Shown here in pieces: positions 13,601 through 24,801 of a stretch of DNA of 64,000 nt. Within the stretch, counting starts at the first letter, position 1. Each line of letters opens with the position of its first letter. The notes beneath the pieces were generated by a model that made no database searches, was not told where the DNA came from, and saw only the letters and a program-made list of their open reading frames with translations. Position numbers and translations under genes: made by a program. Source of the DNA: Lytechinus pictus. Taxonomy: Eukaryota. Location: contig NC_087247.1 of NCBI RefSeq assembly GCF_037042905.1, forward strand, positions 38,812,001-38,876,000. The letters are read 5' to 3'.

Positions 13601-13860
13601 ATTTTAACATGTATTAATTAATTATATGCCAGGGTTAATGACTTTTTTCTTACTTTTGCTGTTGTCTTCTTCCATGTCTTAAATGCGGCATGAGCGACCT
13701 CAATGGCACGGTCAGTGTCAGCGGCACCGCAGTCTGCAATGTTAGCTATCACTTCACCTGTTGCAGGGTTCGTCACTGCAAAGGTCTCTCCTGATTTAGC
13801 AGGTACCCATTCACCTCCAATGTAAGCCTTATCTCGGATGAGAGGATTAGCTGGCGCCAT
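4413..13860 (-). CDS. ALDH5A1: ALDH5A1-like aldehyde dehydrogenase, divergent paralogue B (no mitochondrial presequence), 9 coding exons, 485 aa
   Basis: Exons 13860-13654, 11399-11316, 10603-10433, 8441-8325, 8027-7884, 7293-7150, 6748-6593, 5886-5717, 4677-4413 (207/84/171/117/144/144/156/170/265 nt). All introns are GT-AG and the join is in frame with no stops. Motifs: PWNFP, KPSEDTP, SFTGST, catalytic Glu in MELGGN, catalytic Cys in [19 protein letters not shown]. Confidence 0.9.
5064..5660. mobile_element. Kolobok-like foldback MITE, left end eroded
   Basis: Same family. Further partial copies at ~42440-42786, ~34615-34740, ~3030-3240 and ~63200-63610. Confidence 0.82.
5717..5886 (-). 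CDS. ALDH5A1: Paralogue B exon 8 (VERHVQDA...[12 protein letters not shown])
   Basis: 170 nt, phase-2 donor. Confidence 0.9.
6593..6748 (-). CDS. ALDH5A1: Paralogue B exon 7 (VCVSANR...[11 protein letters not shown])
   Basis: 156 nt, carries the catalytic Cys. Confidence 0.9.
7150..7293 (-). CDS. ALDH5A1: Paralogue B exon 6 (ILLGQS...MELGGN...LRFYGSGQ)
   Basis: 144 nt, carries the catalytic Glu. Confidence 0.9.
7884..8027 (-). CDS. ALDH5A1: Paralogue B exon 5 ([13 protein letters not shown]...[10 protein letters not shown])
   Basis: 144 nt, AG/GT boundaries. Confidence 0.9.
8325..8441 (-). CDS. ALDH5A1: Paralogue B exon 4 ([11 protein letters not shown]...[15 protein letters not shown])
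   Basis: 117 nt, AG/GT boundaries; missed by the ORF track. Confidence 0.9.
8605..8759. other. Assembly gap (155 N) in paralogue B intron 3
   Basis: N run; the exon chain is complete without it. Confidence 0.99.
9260..9975 (-). mobile_element. Degraded CR1/L2-type non-LTR retrotransposon RT fragment
   Basis: [10 protein letters not shown] and LYADDT RT motifs followed by frameshifted decay; boundaries approximate. Confidence 0.8.
10433..10603 (-). CDS. ALDH5A1: Paralogue B exon 3 (GKKLFEA...[11 protein letters not shown])
   Basis: 171 nt, AG/GT boundaries. Confidence 0.9.
11316..11399 (-). CDS. ALDH5A1: Paralogue B exon 2 (ERAAILNRF...IAEN)
   Basis: 84 nt, AG/GT boundaries, homologous to 38469-38552. 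Confidence 0.88.
12094..12252. mobile_element. Harbinger-like MITE (GGGGAGCGTTTCAT...ATGAAACACTCCCC)
   Basis: TIRs; inverted second copy at 36953-37110; related element at ~59854-60034. Confidence 0.7.
12640..12932. other. Assembly gap (293 N) in paralogue B intron 1
   Basis: N run starting just before the expected poly-C TIR of a MITE. Confidence 0.99.
13654..13860 (-). CDS. ALDH5A1: Paralogue B coding exon 1 ([16 protein letters not shown]...TTAK)
   Basis: ATG in AAAATGG context; donor GTAAGA; acceptor 14 nt upstream of the ATG. Confidence 0.88.
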
Positions 13861-13894
13861 TTTGGGATGATGATCTAAGACCAGATATAAAGGG

Positions 13895-14005
13895 AGAAAG
13901 AAGAAGTTGAGGTAGAAAAAGAAGAAGAAGGAGAAAGAGGAGGAGGAGGAAGAGGAAGAGGAAGAGGAAGAAGAAGAAGAAGAAGGAAGAAGAGGAAAGA
14001 AAGGG
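13895..14005. repeat. (GAA/GAG)n purine microsatellite
   Basis: Direct reading; a similar tract lies at 44205-44430. Confidence 0.9.
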
Positions 14006-14920
14006 TTCAAAATTAGAGATCGGGGAAGTAAAAAAAGGAAGAGAGATAGATTAAGAAACGGAAATGAGGAGAGAAATCGAAAGGAAATATCATCAAATGC
14101 GTACAGGTTATATTGACCTTCGTTTGATTAAACAAACGTTTAAACAACAATTATTTGGCAATAAAGACTAATGGCAATGACACAGCAATATTCAATCTAG
14201 ACTAGTGAACTTATGGTCTTAACATAGAATCGGTTCACGTCAGACTTTGTTTGCATTCTCTGTTTAGGATTTAAAAAAAAACCGTAATCGGTATCTGGGT
14301 GAAATCACGATTCACATCAATAAACCAATGACAAACCACAAAAATATCTCGATTTGACCTTCTATAAGGACTCGGTCATTTCAATTTTACAATGGGTCAA
14401 GCAAAATAATATTTGATCAATTTGGATATTGGTCATCATGGTCATTGTTCACTAGTATTTTCTTATCTAAACATCAGTAGTTTTAATCCAATAATGTGTG
14501 CTTTGGGTAAAAACTACCCAGATTTGAATAATTTTTTTAACCTATTGTTGTGTGGACAGTATGTTGCCCAACATTAAGAGTGTATAATCTTTCCAGCGAT
14601 CAAACTGACATTGTCTTTTAGAGTTGAACTGTTATTGCAATAATTATTTCAGACATTGATGAACTTTACCATGGGTGGCCCAAATGAGAAGATAGGATGG
14701 GGAATGTAATGTAAGCATTTCGCCACAAGTCTACATGATTGATATCTTTTGCATTTTCACTATTTTATTTTGGTCGGCAATTTAATGATGACATTGATAC
14801 ATGTATATTGCGAGCACCTAATGATTTTTAAATTTCGATCTGATATATTCCTAACCCAACGAAACATTGGATACATGAAAATATTGTTCTCAACGCCACT
14901 GACTTAACCTTTTAAGTGAT

Positions 14921-15252
14921 CATGATCCTGGGGAAACGCAGCACCCCCAACAAATATTTTCTTGGGGGTGCTGCGTGTATCATTCTCCATAGGCAGCACC
15001 CCAATAGTATTTTGGAAGGTATGTAAAAAAATGCAACCATAATGACCTTCATTTTGTAGTGAAACCTTTTTTTTTGGTTGCTTTTCAAATTTCTCGGAAC
15101 CAATTTGACCTCCATTTTGCAGTGAAAACCTTTTTTTTTTTTTTTGCTTTTCAATTTCTCGCGACCAATTTTATCTCCATTTTGAAGTGAAAACCTTTTT
15201 TTTAAATCTACATCAGCACCCCCAGTAAAAAAAAATCGTTGCCTGGGCCCTG
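14921..15252. mobile_element. hAT-type MITE
   Basis: CA..TG termini; TSD TAAGTGAT/TAAGTCAT; internal ~60-bp tandem repeats. Confidence 0.68.
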
Positions 15253-15691
15253 TAAGTCATCATATCTAGATTATTTTTTAAAGTTTAAAATCTTTTGCAA
15301 TAAATTATTTGTAGACCCTTACGAAACATAGGCTACCTTGTCCATCATATTGTAAACTTATTTTTACTATGACATTCCTAATCCAACGAAAATTTCTGAG
15401 TCATAAAAGTATTCCCCTTGACGGACTTCACCACCTTGGGGAATTCAGAGTTTCCTCCTCAAAATAAGGGATACACTACTGATAGATGACCATTATTCAG
15501 ATAATCCATTATTTAAGAGAACATAGTTTTCGCTTTGAAGACATTTACAGCCGCGCCTAAAAAAGAGCCTAAGTTACTTTCATAGGTAAAATTAAACCAA
15601 GATTAAATCACCAATTGTATTTAAACAAATTCATACGATTGATGTACGATTTCAATCAGCAAGCGAAGGATAACTAAATGATAGAACTTAC

Positions 15692-15860
15692 CTGGTTGGG
15701 AGACCGCTGAGATGATATCGCTTGGCTGTAAGCTGTCTAGGTGCACAGTGGGCCCCTGGGCTATCGTTCGTAGATATATTTGCGATATGGGTGTGTAATC
15801 GCATCTTATTTCGATTTGTGTGAGGTCACACAGTGAATTCCATTTTCAGGAGGTCACGTG
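15692..15860 (-). promoter_or_regulatory. Putative non-coding first exon and promoter of paralogue B
   Basis: Strong donor CAG|GTAAGT at 15692/15691; TATA-like AATATAT near 15775; E-box CACGTG at 15855-15860. The ATG-bearing exon has its own acceptor, which implies an upstream exon. Confidence 0.45.
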
Positions 15861-16477
15861 CACTTGGCAGGGTACCATAGTTTAAGATGAATCTAGGCAT
15901 GTGAGGGTGTGACAATATGATTTCCTATCACAGTCCAAAGTTTCCTTTTCGAGACCTAATACGTGTTAATTTTTATGGAAACGACAATGAGGAGCAATAG
16001 TAGATTCCCAGTTCTTCATTACACTCGATTGAGTTGGCTTCAACCTGTCCGATGTGAAAATGTCGGGCAATCACAGAACAATATAAAGTTAACAATAGCC
16101 TTAATTCACGGAGTTCGGAAAGTCTGGGTCGACTTTGATCTGCAGTGACAAACTGATTTATTGAAAGCAAGTTGCACCGTACTATTAAAGGCTCCTCCCA
16201 CTGCCGACTTTACTAACATGAAAAAAACCTTCAAAGTAAACTACATTTTAGCATAATCATGGTCATTTATCAACTTTTTTTTTTCTTGGAGAGTCACTCT
16301 CAAGGTTAAACTACATTAATAATACATGCTGATCTACAAGTATATCCAAAACGAGTGTGCAATATATTGGGATACTTCATAAATTCATATATTCCCCAAC
16401 GTCAATGCTTTTTACCTAAGATTTATCACTAATACTCAGCATGACTTCATGTTATTATTACCCTTCTCCATTCTTAA

Positions 16478-17081
16478 AGGACAAGTCCACCCCAATAAAA
16501 AGTTGATTTTAAAAAAAGGAGAAAAATCCAACAAGCAAAATGCTGAAAATTTCATCAAAATCGGGTGTAAAATAAGAAAGTTATGACATTTTAAAGTTTC
16601 GCTTAATTTCACAAAACAGTTATATGCACATCCTTGTCGGTGTGCAAATTGGCAGACTGATGACGTCACCCACTCACTATTTCTTTTGTATTTTATTATA
16701 TGAAATATGAAATATTCTAATTTTCTCCTCCTTGTCAAGTGAAACAAAGTTTATTTTCTCCCTGAACATGTGCAATTACCATTATTTTAACAGTTTATGG
16801 TTAAGTTAAGTTGGTCCTTATTGTCAAATCTGTAAAATTTGAGATATTGTATTATTCAAACAATAAAAAACAAAAGAAATAGTGAGTGATGGACATCATC
16901 GACTCTCTCATTTGCATATCGCTGAGTTGCGCATTGAACTGTTTTGTGAAAAATAAGCGAAACTTAAAAATGTCATAACTTTCTTATTTTACATCCGATT
17001 TCGATGAAATTTGCAGCGTTATGTTTGTTTGATTTTTCTCTATCGATTCGAATCAACAATTTTATGGGGTGGACTTGACCT
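16478..17081. mobile_element. Kolobok-like foldback MITE (~600 bp, TTAA TSD)
   Basis: TTAA|AGGACAAGTCCACCCC...GGGGTGGACTTGACCT|TTAA; long imperfect palindrome. Confidence 0.85.
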
Positions 17082-17507
17082 TTAAACTTGGAGCGCCCAA
17101 ATTAGTCCTTGGTATGATTTGGATTGATTGTTTCTATACCGATCCATTATTGCCCAAGTCGAAAATTTTCAGGAAAATTCATGCATAAATTAAGGTGAAC
17201 CGTCACGTATAGTCGTTAACAAAGTGCACAAAAAATAGCGTCATTCGTCATAACCAACCCAACAATTCAATTATTTTCAAACCCCTGGACAGGCATTCTT
17301 CTTGGGCATAAAACATTTCCCGTAAATGTTAATATCCCTTGAAACTCACTCAGTAATATGATGATTAAATCATTAAATATTTCAAAATTTCATATTTAAT
17401 TTTGTATTAATTGAAAACTATATGAATTTTATTTTTTTCCTTCTCCATATTTCAATGTCCTCACATTACTTCCTCACTAGAATATATATTATTCTATATA
17501 TATCCTA

Positions 17508-18687
17508 CACACAAAAAACTGAGGTGCTAAATGTTCGGTGCTGAGTGAGATTCTACACTTGAAGTGCCAAAATCAGCACTTGAAGGGTTAACTTTTACAA
17601 GGAAACCGAAACGTGCTGAATATTTGAGTGCTGAAAACGAGTGCTAGACGAGAAAAAAAAAAGTAGCACTTCACATTGAGTGCTGACTGCAAAACGTGAT
17701 CTGATTGGTTGCTTCGCAAAGCTGGGATCCGGATTTGCATACTCATGTCCTGACTTGTTCGCTCGCCGCTCGCTAGTGAGTTTGCTACACACGTTTCTTC
17801 GGGACCACCGTATACCCCTGGGGCAGTTCCGGCCTCGCGATCAGGCCGCGCCTGGCCTGGGCCTGATGAGGCATGGAATGCGCGCACCGTCTACGATCTA
17901 TAGTGTGCACAAGACGTTGGTTCCGTCACGGTGTAGTCAGAGGCAAAGCAAGGTAAGCATGCACTAAATATTTAAGTTCAGGTTTAAGTTAGAAGTATAA
18001 TACAGACTACTTTCATAGTTTAGACTCTAGTCTAGAGTCTTGTCAAACTTAGAAGATGGGGTATCTTTGCTATAAATGTCATTTGATTATTCCAGGGCCT
18101 GTTGCAAAGTTGATCAGCCATCTACACATGGCTCATGCGTTATTTGACATGCCCCATCTTCATTTGGTTTGTGGTCAAGGTGCATGTCCTTCATCATTTG
18201 CCACTTTCAACTCGTACAGGAAACATTTATTAAACCAACATCCACAAGATGAACCTGAACCTGAAGTTGTACAAGGTATGGATGGTCTAGTTGATGCTGA
18301 TTTGGGTGTTGGTGTTGGTGAAATGCATAATCCTGCAGCAGATGCATTTGATGATGATGTTGATGATGATATTGTCTCACATTACTGCACCTAAAGGGGT
18401 GTAAATTTAGCACTTAAAGATCCAATTTTAGCACTTTTAGGAGCTTGGATAGTGACTGCACTCGATGTGCTGGTTTAGCACTTGCATAAGGGTTGATCTG
18501 ATAGCACCCAAAAGGGAGCTGAAGTTAGCACTTTAAGTGCACAACAATCAGCACCTTTCGGTGCTAGCAAAGTAGCCCGGGTGCAAGTGCTAAATCAGCA
18601 CTTCGAGTGCAGTCACTATACAAGCTCCTAAAAAGTGCTAAAATTGAATCTTTAAGTGCTAATTTTAGCACTTTATTTTTTTGAGTG
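17508..18687 (+). mobile_element. Internally deleted CACTA/EnSpm-like DNA transposon
   Basis: TA-flanked TIRs CACACAAAAAA..GTGCTAAA / TTTAGCAC..TTTTTTGAGTG; many subterminal AGCACT/AGTGCT repeats; internal zinc-finger ORF. Confidence 0.75.
18056..18394 (+). pseudogene. Truncated transposon protein N-terminus with two C2H2-type zinc fingers (112 aa)
   Basis: CYKC..HLHMAH and CGQGAC..F..F..Y.KHLLNQH followed by an acidic stretch; ORF runs into the subterminal repeats. Confidence 0.65.
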
Positions 18688-19228
18688 TACAATTTTAAGA
18701 TAAATAAGTTACGCCTCTGGCAGTCTCGCCTGCATTACTCGATTCAATATAGCAACAGTGCTGACTTTAAAAAAGACTATGGATAATTCTTTTTTAAAAA
18801 ACACCATTCATGATAATAAAACACTATTCATTTACCCTAAATGACCTCAGACCTTGATCATGTGACGTAAGACTCGTGTAAAAAAACAATAAGTGATACT
18901 TGATTGCCCTTTCATCCTTGTTTCATGAACTAGATCCATAAACTTTCAAAGTTATGATGGCAATTCAACTATTCCCCCAACATGCCAAAGTTCATTGACC
19001 TTAAATGACCTTAGTCATTTGACCTGAAACTCACGCAGGATGTTCAATGATATTTGATTACTCTTAATATGTCGAAGCGTTATGAACTAGATTCATAAAC
19101 TTTCAAAGTTATGATAGCAATTCAACAAATATTCCAAACACGGCCAAAGTTCACTGACCCTATATGACCTTTGACCTAGGTCATGTGACCCGAAACTCAG
19201 GCAGAATATCACTAATACACTACTACTC

Positions 19229-21202
19229 TTACGCAAGTGCGTCGAAAGGTCTTTTCCAGTCGGGGGTGTGGAGGCCCTGATTACCGGCGACAAACCCGAC
19301 AAACATCGGTACCGATTACCGCCGTCCGACGACCATGAGTCATGGTAAAGTTCCTCATTGTCCTCAGTCACATTTTCTTTTGTCATACGCAGTGGCAAAT
19401 CCAGCTTTCATGAATAGGAGGGAGGGGAGTGGGAGAAGGAAAAACATATATTTTCATTTACATTTTCCCCGTCGCTTCCGCCAAAATTTATTCTTTTTTT
19501 TAGAAGTTAATCCTAACTAACTAAATTTTAATCCTTTTAATCCCTGAATATAAATTACAAAACTAGCGCGAAGCGCGAGCTCAAATTTTTTTGTATTTTA
19601 TATATTTGATATTAAGACCTGGAAAGTGAATATTTTGAGCAGCTTTTGTAATAATCAATGAGATGCGTATCTAACTAATCGATCCATGTGAGCGCGAAGC
19701 GCGAGCTGAAATTTTTAATACACTGGCCTGCGAAAAGACCTGTCAAGAGCAATCCATGAATAGAACACATATCTTACCATTTCTAAAATGTGAGCGCGAA
19801 GCGCTAGCTGAAAATGTTTATTATTCTACCTGAACAATCGATTGTTACCATAAAGAGGATGGATGCATTAACCAAATAATTAATGCGAGCGCAAAGCGCG
19901 AGCTGAAAATTTTGATTTACTGAAACAAAAGGGACCATTTTAAGCACTGTCCAACTTAAAGAAAAATTGTAGAGAGGATGTGGATTCCACTATAATGCTG
20001 CGAGCGCGAAGTGCGAACTTAATTTTTAGGGGACTTGGACCTTAAATCAGGACATATTAATCACTGTCGGTACAGAAGCGCGAGCTGAAAACCTTTGATC
20101 TTACAACCTGAAAAATTTGACATTCTAAACATTTTTTGCCATGGGTGTCGATTTGTGTTGTGAATCTATTGTTCAAGGGGGGTGATCTATTGTTTCACCT
20201 CTCCCCCAACTTGAATAGTATGACGTCACGGATCGACAGCAATGGTTTTGCAATCATGAACACGATGGGTATATAATCAAATGAGTAACAGCATGAGCTG
20301 GTCTTTTTTAAGATTTCGATTTAAAATCGGACATTTCATGCAATTATGGTAATCACAAAAAGGAAGGGTATCAATGAATAATGCGAGCGCGAACTAATTT
20401 TTAACAAATATATTGACTTGAAATCCATAATTTTTTAACACGTTTTTATGAAAAGAACAAACTCGGATTCCGCATCAGTAACTGGACAAGCTGTGACGTA
20501 TCTCAGTAAACATAATGCGAGCTGATTTTTTTTTATTTTCTGACCCAAAAGGTATCATTTTGAGCACTGTCCAAGTGGATATGGATTTCACTAAATAATG
20601 ATGTCAGCGCAAAGCGTGAGCTGAAAAAATTGGAGACTTAGACCTTAAACAAGGACATAATAATCACTTTCGGTACAGAAGCGCGAGCTGAAAACTTTGA
20701 TATTTTTACTTAAAAACTCAAAGTTTTCACAAATTCTTTATATAAAGAACAAACTCATATACCTAATCTGTAATTGAACAAGCTGTGTATTTCAACAAAC
20801 CTTATGTGAGCGCGAAGCGCGAGCTGAAAATTTTGATATACTGACCCGAAAGGAACTTTTGAAGCACTGTCCAACATGAAGGAAGCGCGAGCTGGAATTT
20901 TGTTAAGATTTAGACCTTAAAATGGGACATTCTAATCACTGTTGGTACAGAGAGCTCCCCACGTTCGCATTGCGAAAAAAAAATCACAATTTAATGACGA
21001 TGCAATTTGAAATTTATTTGACATTTGACAAAGATTATGGAACTAAAAACAGACCAAGAACAAGATGCATGGAGCAGTTGGAACAGCCCTGTGTGACCCG
21101 ACACGCAGGGCTGTCGGACTGACGTCTGTCGGGAAAATGACAAACTGTCGGCCCGACAGTTTGTCATTTTCTCGACAGTCCAACAGCCCTGCGCTTGCGT
21201 AA
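19229..21202. mobile_element. Nested TIR element carrying ~10 dispersed GCGAGCGCGAAGCGCGAGCTGAAA motifs
   Basis: Ends TTACGCAAGTGCGTCG / CGACACG[insert]CGCTTGCGTAA; motif repeats across 19565-20900. Confidence 0.55.
21106..21191. mobile_element. 86-bp palindromic MITE (CAGGGCTGT...ACAGCCCTG)
   Basis: Near-perfect hairpin inserted in the right TIR of the 19229 element, flanked by CG/CG. Confidence 0.65.
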
Positions 21203-21949
21203 CAATCTATCACTTTTCCAACATCTCAAAATCCACATCTTTAGTTACACCGACACACAGGTTTACCTGTTCAAAACATCGTCTACCCCGTCCCCTTCTC
21301 TCTCCGATTTTCTCCTTCCTTTTGTTTTCTTTATATTTTCATTTTGTTTTCCTCTTTCTCTCTTTTCCTCACTTTCTTCCTTTCTCTCTTTCTTTCCCTT
21401 TTCTTTCCTTTTTTCTCCCGTCTTTTGTTTTCTTTTTGCCCCTTTTCTTCATTTTTTCCCGACGGCAGCGCAGATTTACCGACGATATCCAGAGTATCTT
21501 TAGCGACGGCCCTGCCCTTATGTCCAAGTTTCATAAACTAGACCCATAAACTTTTAAAATTATGACGAAATTTCAAAAACTTAACCTTGGTTAAGATTTC
21601 GATGTTGGTTCCCCCACCATATGGTCCAAGTCCATTGACCCCAAACGACATTTGACCTTGGTCATGTGACCCGAAACTCGGGCAGGATGTACTTGATTAT
21701 CTAATATGTCCAAGTTTCATGAACTAGGTCCACATACTTCAAAAACTTAACCTTGGTTAGGATTTCATGCTGACGCCACCGCCGTCGGAAAAGCGGCACC
21801 TTTAGTCTCGCTCTGCTATGCAGGCGAGACAAAAATGTGTATAATGGCATTCAATTTTCATCTCTACAACGTACTTCATCTATAATATTTATTTGAGTAA
21901 TCCACATTCAACAACCTATGCTTTTAAGTGGATTCCTCAATGTCTACAG

Positions 21950-22341
21950 CCCTTTCATAAACCCAATAAAACACAATTATGCGGCTAATAGCAGCATAAT
22001 TTGGTCGTAAAATCAGAGGAGGACAAGAGTTATCCGCATTATTCTGATGCTGCTATTATCCGCATAATAGCGGCATCGGGACAAGATTTTGAGTTTATGA
22101 ACGCATTTCCAAATAATGCGGATAATTGCCATGGTGAGGTCACAAGGTCACCCTTTTCCAACACAACCGCATTGGAGGGGGCGTGTCCAGTTGTCATGAC
22201 GATTATCCGCCTTTTTCAGGATCAGGACGGACGCTCGTAAAAATATTTTATGGAGTTTGTGAACGCAATTTTTATTGAATTATCCGCATTACTCTTAGGC
22301 GGCTAATTGGAGGATATGTTTTATTGGGTTTATGAAAAGGG
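21950..22341. mobile_element. TIR MITE with internal ATCCGCATTA repeats
   Basis: TIR CCCTTTCATAAACCCAATAAAACA / TGTTTTATTGGGTTTATGAAAAGGG. Confidence 0.7.
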
Positions 22342-24536
22342 TCTTCGCCGAACAGAAAAGTTCCCTGATTTGAACCAGATTTGGCCTTGAGTAATGGGTA
22401 ATCGACAGGGCACCGCTCGGCCACCAATAAGTCTTTACAGCCCCCTCGACTTCAACAACTATCGTTGGGCGATAATTCCAGCGATAATTCCAGCGGCGCC
22501 GCGCCGAGCAGGCTACTAATCGCCGCTCTGAGTTGTGAGTGAAGCCTTATCCCGTTTCTTGTCTGGTTTAGAACCAACAACGACAATATGAGATGAAATG
22601 TTCCGGATTTCGTAAACCATTGTGTCGACTCATAATGGGTAAGATATATACAGTAATAGTCATCGAAATTGAAATATGAAATATTGGAATGTACATGCAT
22701 CACCATACTGTATCCAAAACAACCAAATGCACATTTTGAGTGATAAAATCATTTCAGTTTTAATTGTAATAATTACAAATATCAGTTTTCAAAATGCAGT
22801 CACAAATACAAAAATACAACAAAATCCATGATTTATACTAATGTCAAATTTACATCAATTCATTCAATAATACGATAATACTATATGCGTTTTTGTCATA
22901 CGGTTTGGGGTCATAATTGATGGACGCAGTCTATGGCGTATACGTGTCATATCATCTAGGTGCATCGTATGGTCTAGACCAAACGTCTACTTTACATTTG
23001 CTATGATCAATGGATTTAATCTACGATTTTACTTGCCATAGGAGAGACATCGAAGATGCCTATGATTTTTATGTTGACGTAATTTACAGTCATCTAGCAA
23101 TGCGATTTCTGCGCGGTGATATATAAAAAAATAATAATTTAATTGACTACAGATCGTGTGATTCATGTATCGTAAGATTAAAAAAAAACTACTGTGATTT
23201 TATGATTTTTGAAATATGTAAAACTTCACGGTAAAGAAAATCGTTGAAGCATCTAAAACCATTAATCCGCCAAAATCTTGCAATCATCGTGTAGGTCACT
23301 ATGGTCACATCAGAGAGATCTCACGTTTAGAGGGATACAATCAGGTTATGGTGACCCCCGGGGTGACCCAAAGATGATATGATCATACACCACTTGTAAA
23401 CGGGTTATGATGTTTTGGTCACATTTGTCCTACCATGACCGTCGTAGTCCGCAGTTATACGAGTCCCCGAATCGCACGATAAAGTTATCGTAATAAAAGC
23501 ATAATATATCAATGACAATAAATTTACGATACAAACGGCATATATAATACTGACATATAACATTATATAACGTCTCTGTATTCAATATTTTACACTCCTT
23601 TCCTTTTCCCCCCTTCTGCTTCATCTTCTCCATCTTGTATGTCTTTATCAACTTTATGTTTTCCCCCTCCCTATGACTTCCATTCTCTATCCTTTTTTTA
23701 AGTGAGATGTATAACATTTCTTCTCATTCTTCTATATCCTTTATTACCTTAAAACCTCGAAAACGGCATACCGACGGTGACCGGACATTGGGATGACTAT
23801 GCAATGTGTAAAACTACTTAGTGCTATTTATACCGGTAATTCAGCAAATAAAAACATGACAAAAATATACATCACACGCATTAGCAGGTTTTCAATTAAG
23901 AAACAGTGGCAAATTTTGTGTCCGTCGATACTAAAAAACGCCGCATTTCAACATAAAATTAATGCCCCCCCCCCCATTGACAAATAATGACCCCTAAAAT
24001 AAGAAAATAATGAGAATATTGAAAAATGCTTTAAAAATTGGGACTAAAAGGTTCCACCATTTTTTGAATTGAGACGCAATTATATCACGATCAATAAGAA
24101 ACTGCTTCTCCTGCATGTACGATTCTAAAATTATAAAGGATATCTTTCACGACGTGTGTGTATTATTCACGAATCTTCCCCGAAGAAGGTAGATGACTAC
24201 CAAAAATTTGTAAAGTCAATAAAGAACTTGTTGGCATTGAAAACTTGCATTACTCGTGAATATTATTTTGTTTCGCATTTCTGATATATGATATATATTG
24301 ATCTCGTCAAGCCGCTTACGAAAGCATTTCTTTGGCCATTGCGTACCTCACTGCTGCTACAACCGCTTTAAAAAATGAGATGTAAAGTCACATGTGCTTT
24401 TAATCGGACTTCACATTCGAAGAGAAATTTATATTCATTATGCCAGTTTATCCTGAGAAGATAGATAAAAATAATGACATTCATTCTAAATCACAGGAAG
24501 AATGATTCCAAGTAATGACATGCGATGTTGTTATGA

Positions 24537-24801
24537 TTAGATTCCACCGAAGCACACATATTTGATTTCTTGGTATTCATCCATACCATACTTTGACCCC
24601 TCCCTACCCATTCCAGATTCCTTGATACCACCAAACGCTGATATATCAGTAGAGATGAGGCCTTCGTTGACGCCGACCATACCGACTTCGAGCTTCTCAG
24701 CGACACGCCAGATTTGACCAATGTTGTTGGAGTAGAAGTAGCCGGCGAGTCCGACGCGAGTGCTGTTGGCGATTGCAAGGACTTCAGCTTCTGTTTTGAA
24801 C
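24537..24801 (-). CDS. ALDH5A1: Copy A exon 9 (FKTEAEV...YVCFGGI*)
   Basis: 265 nt to the TAA stop. Confidence 0.92.

Larger units (their letters stand above)
18704..21835 (-). mobile_element. Second HINE copy, interrupted by nested insertions (~19229-21513)
   Basis: Both subTIRs present (GTCTCGCCTGCAT near 18723; ATGCAGGCGAGAC near 21818); same repeat unit as 884-1890. An isolated 3' end also occurs at 57911-57945. Confidence 0.75.

Noticed and set aside
4413-13860. Paralogue B as a pseudogene or an uncollapsed haplotype of A
   Set aside because: All nine exons, splice sites and catalytic residues are intact, and divergence from A is far above allelic level.
13861-14010. Poly-Ser/Phe N-terminal extension of paralogue B as a targeting or membrane signal
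   Set aside because: It is a translation of an intronic microsatellite upstream of a splice acceptor, with a non-ATG start.
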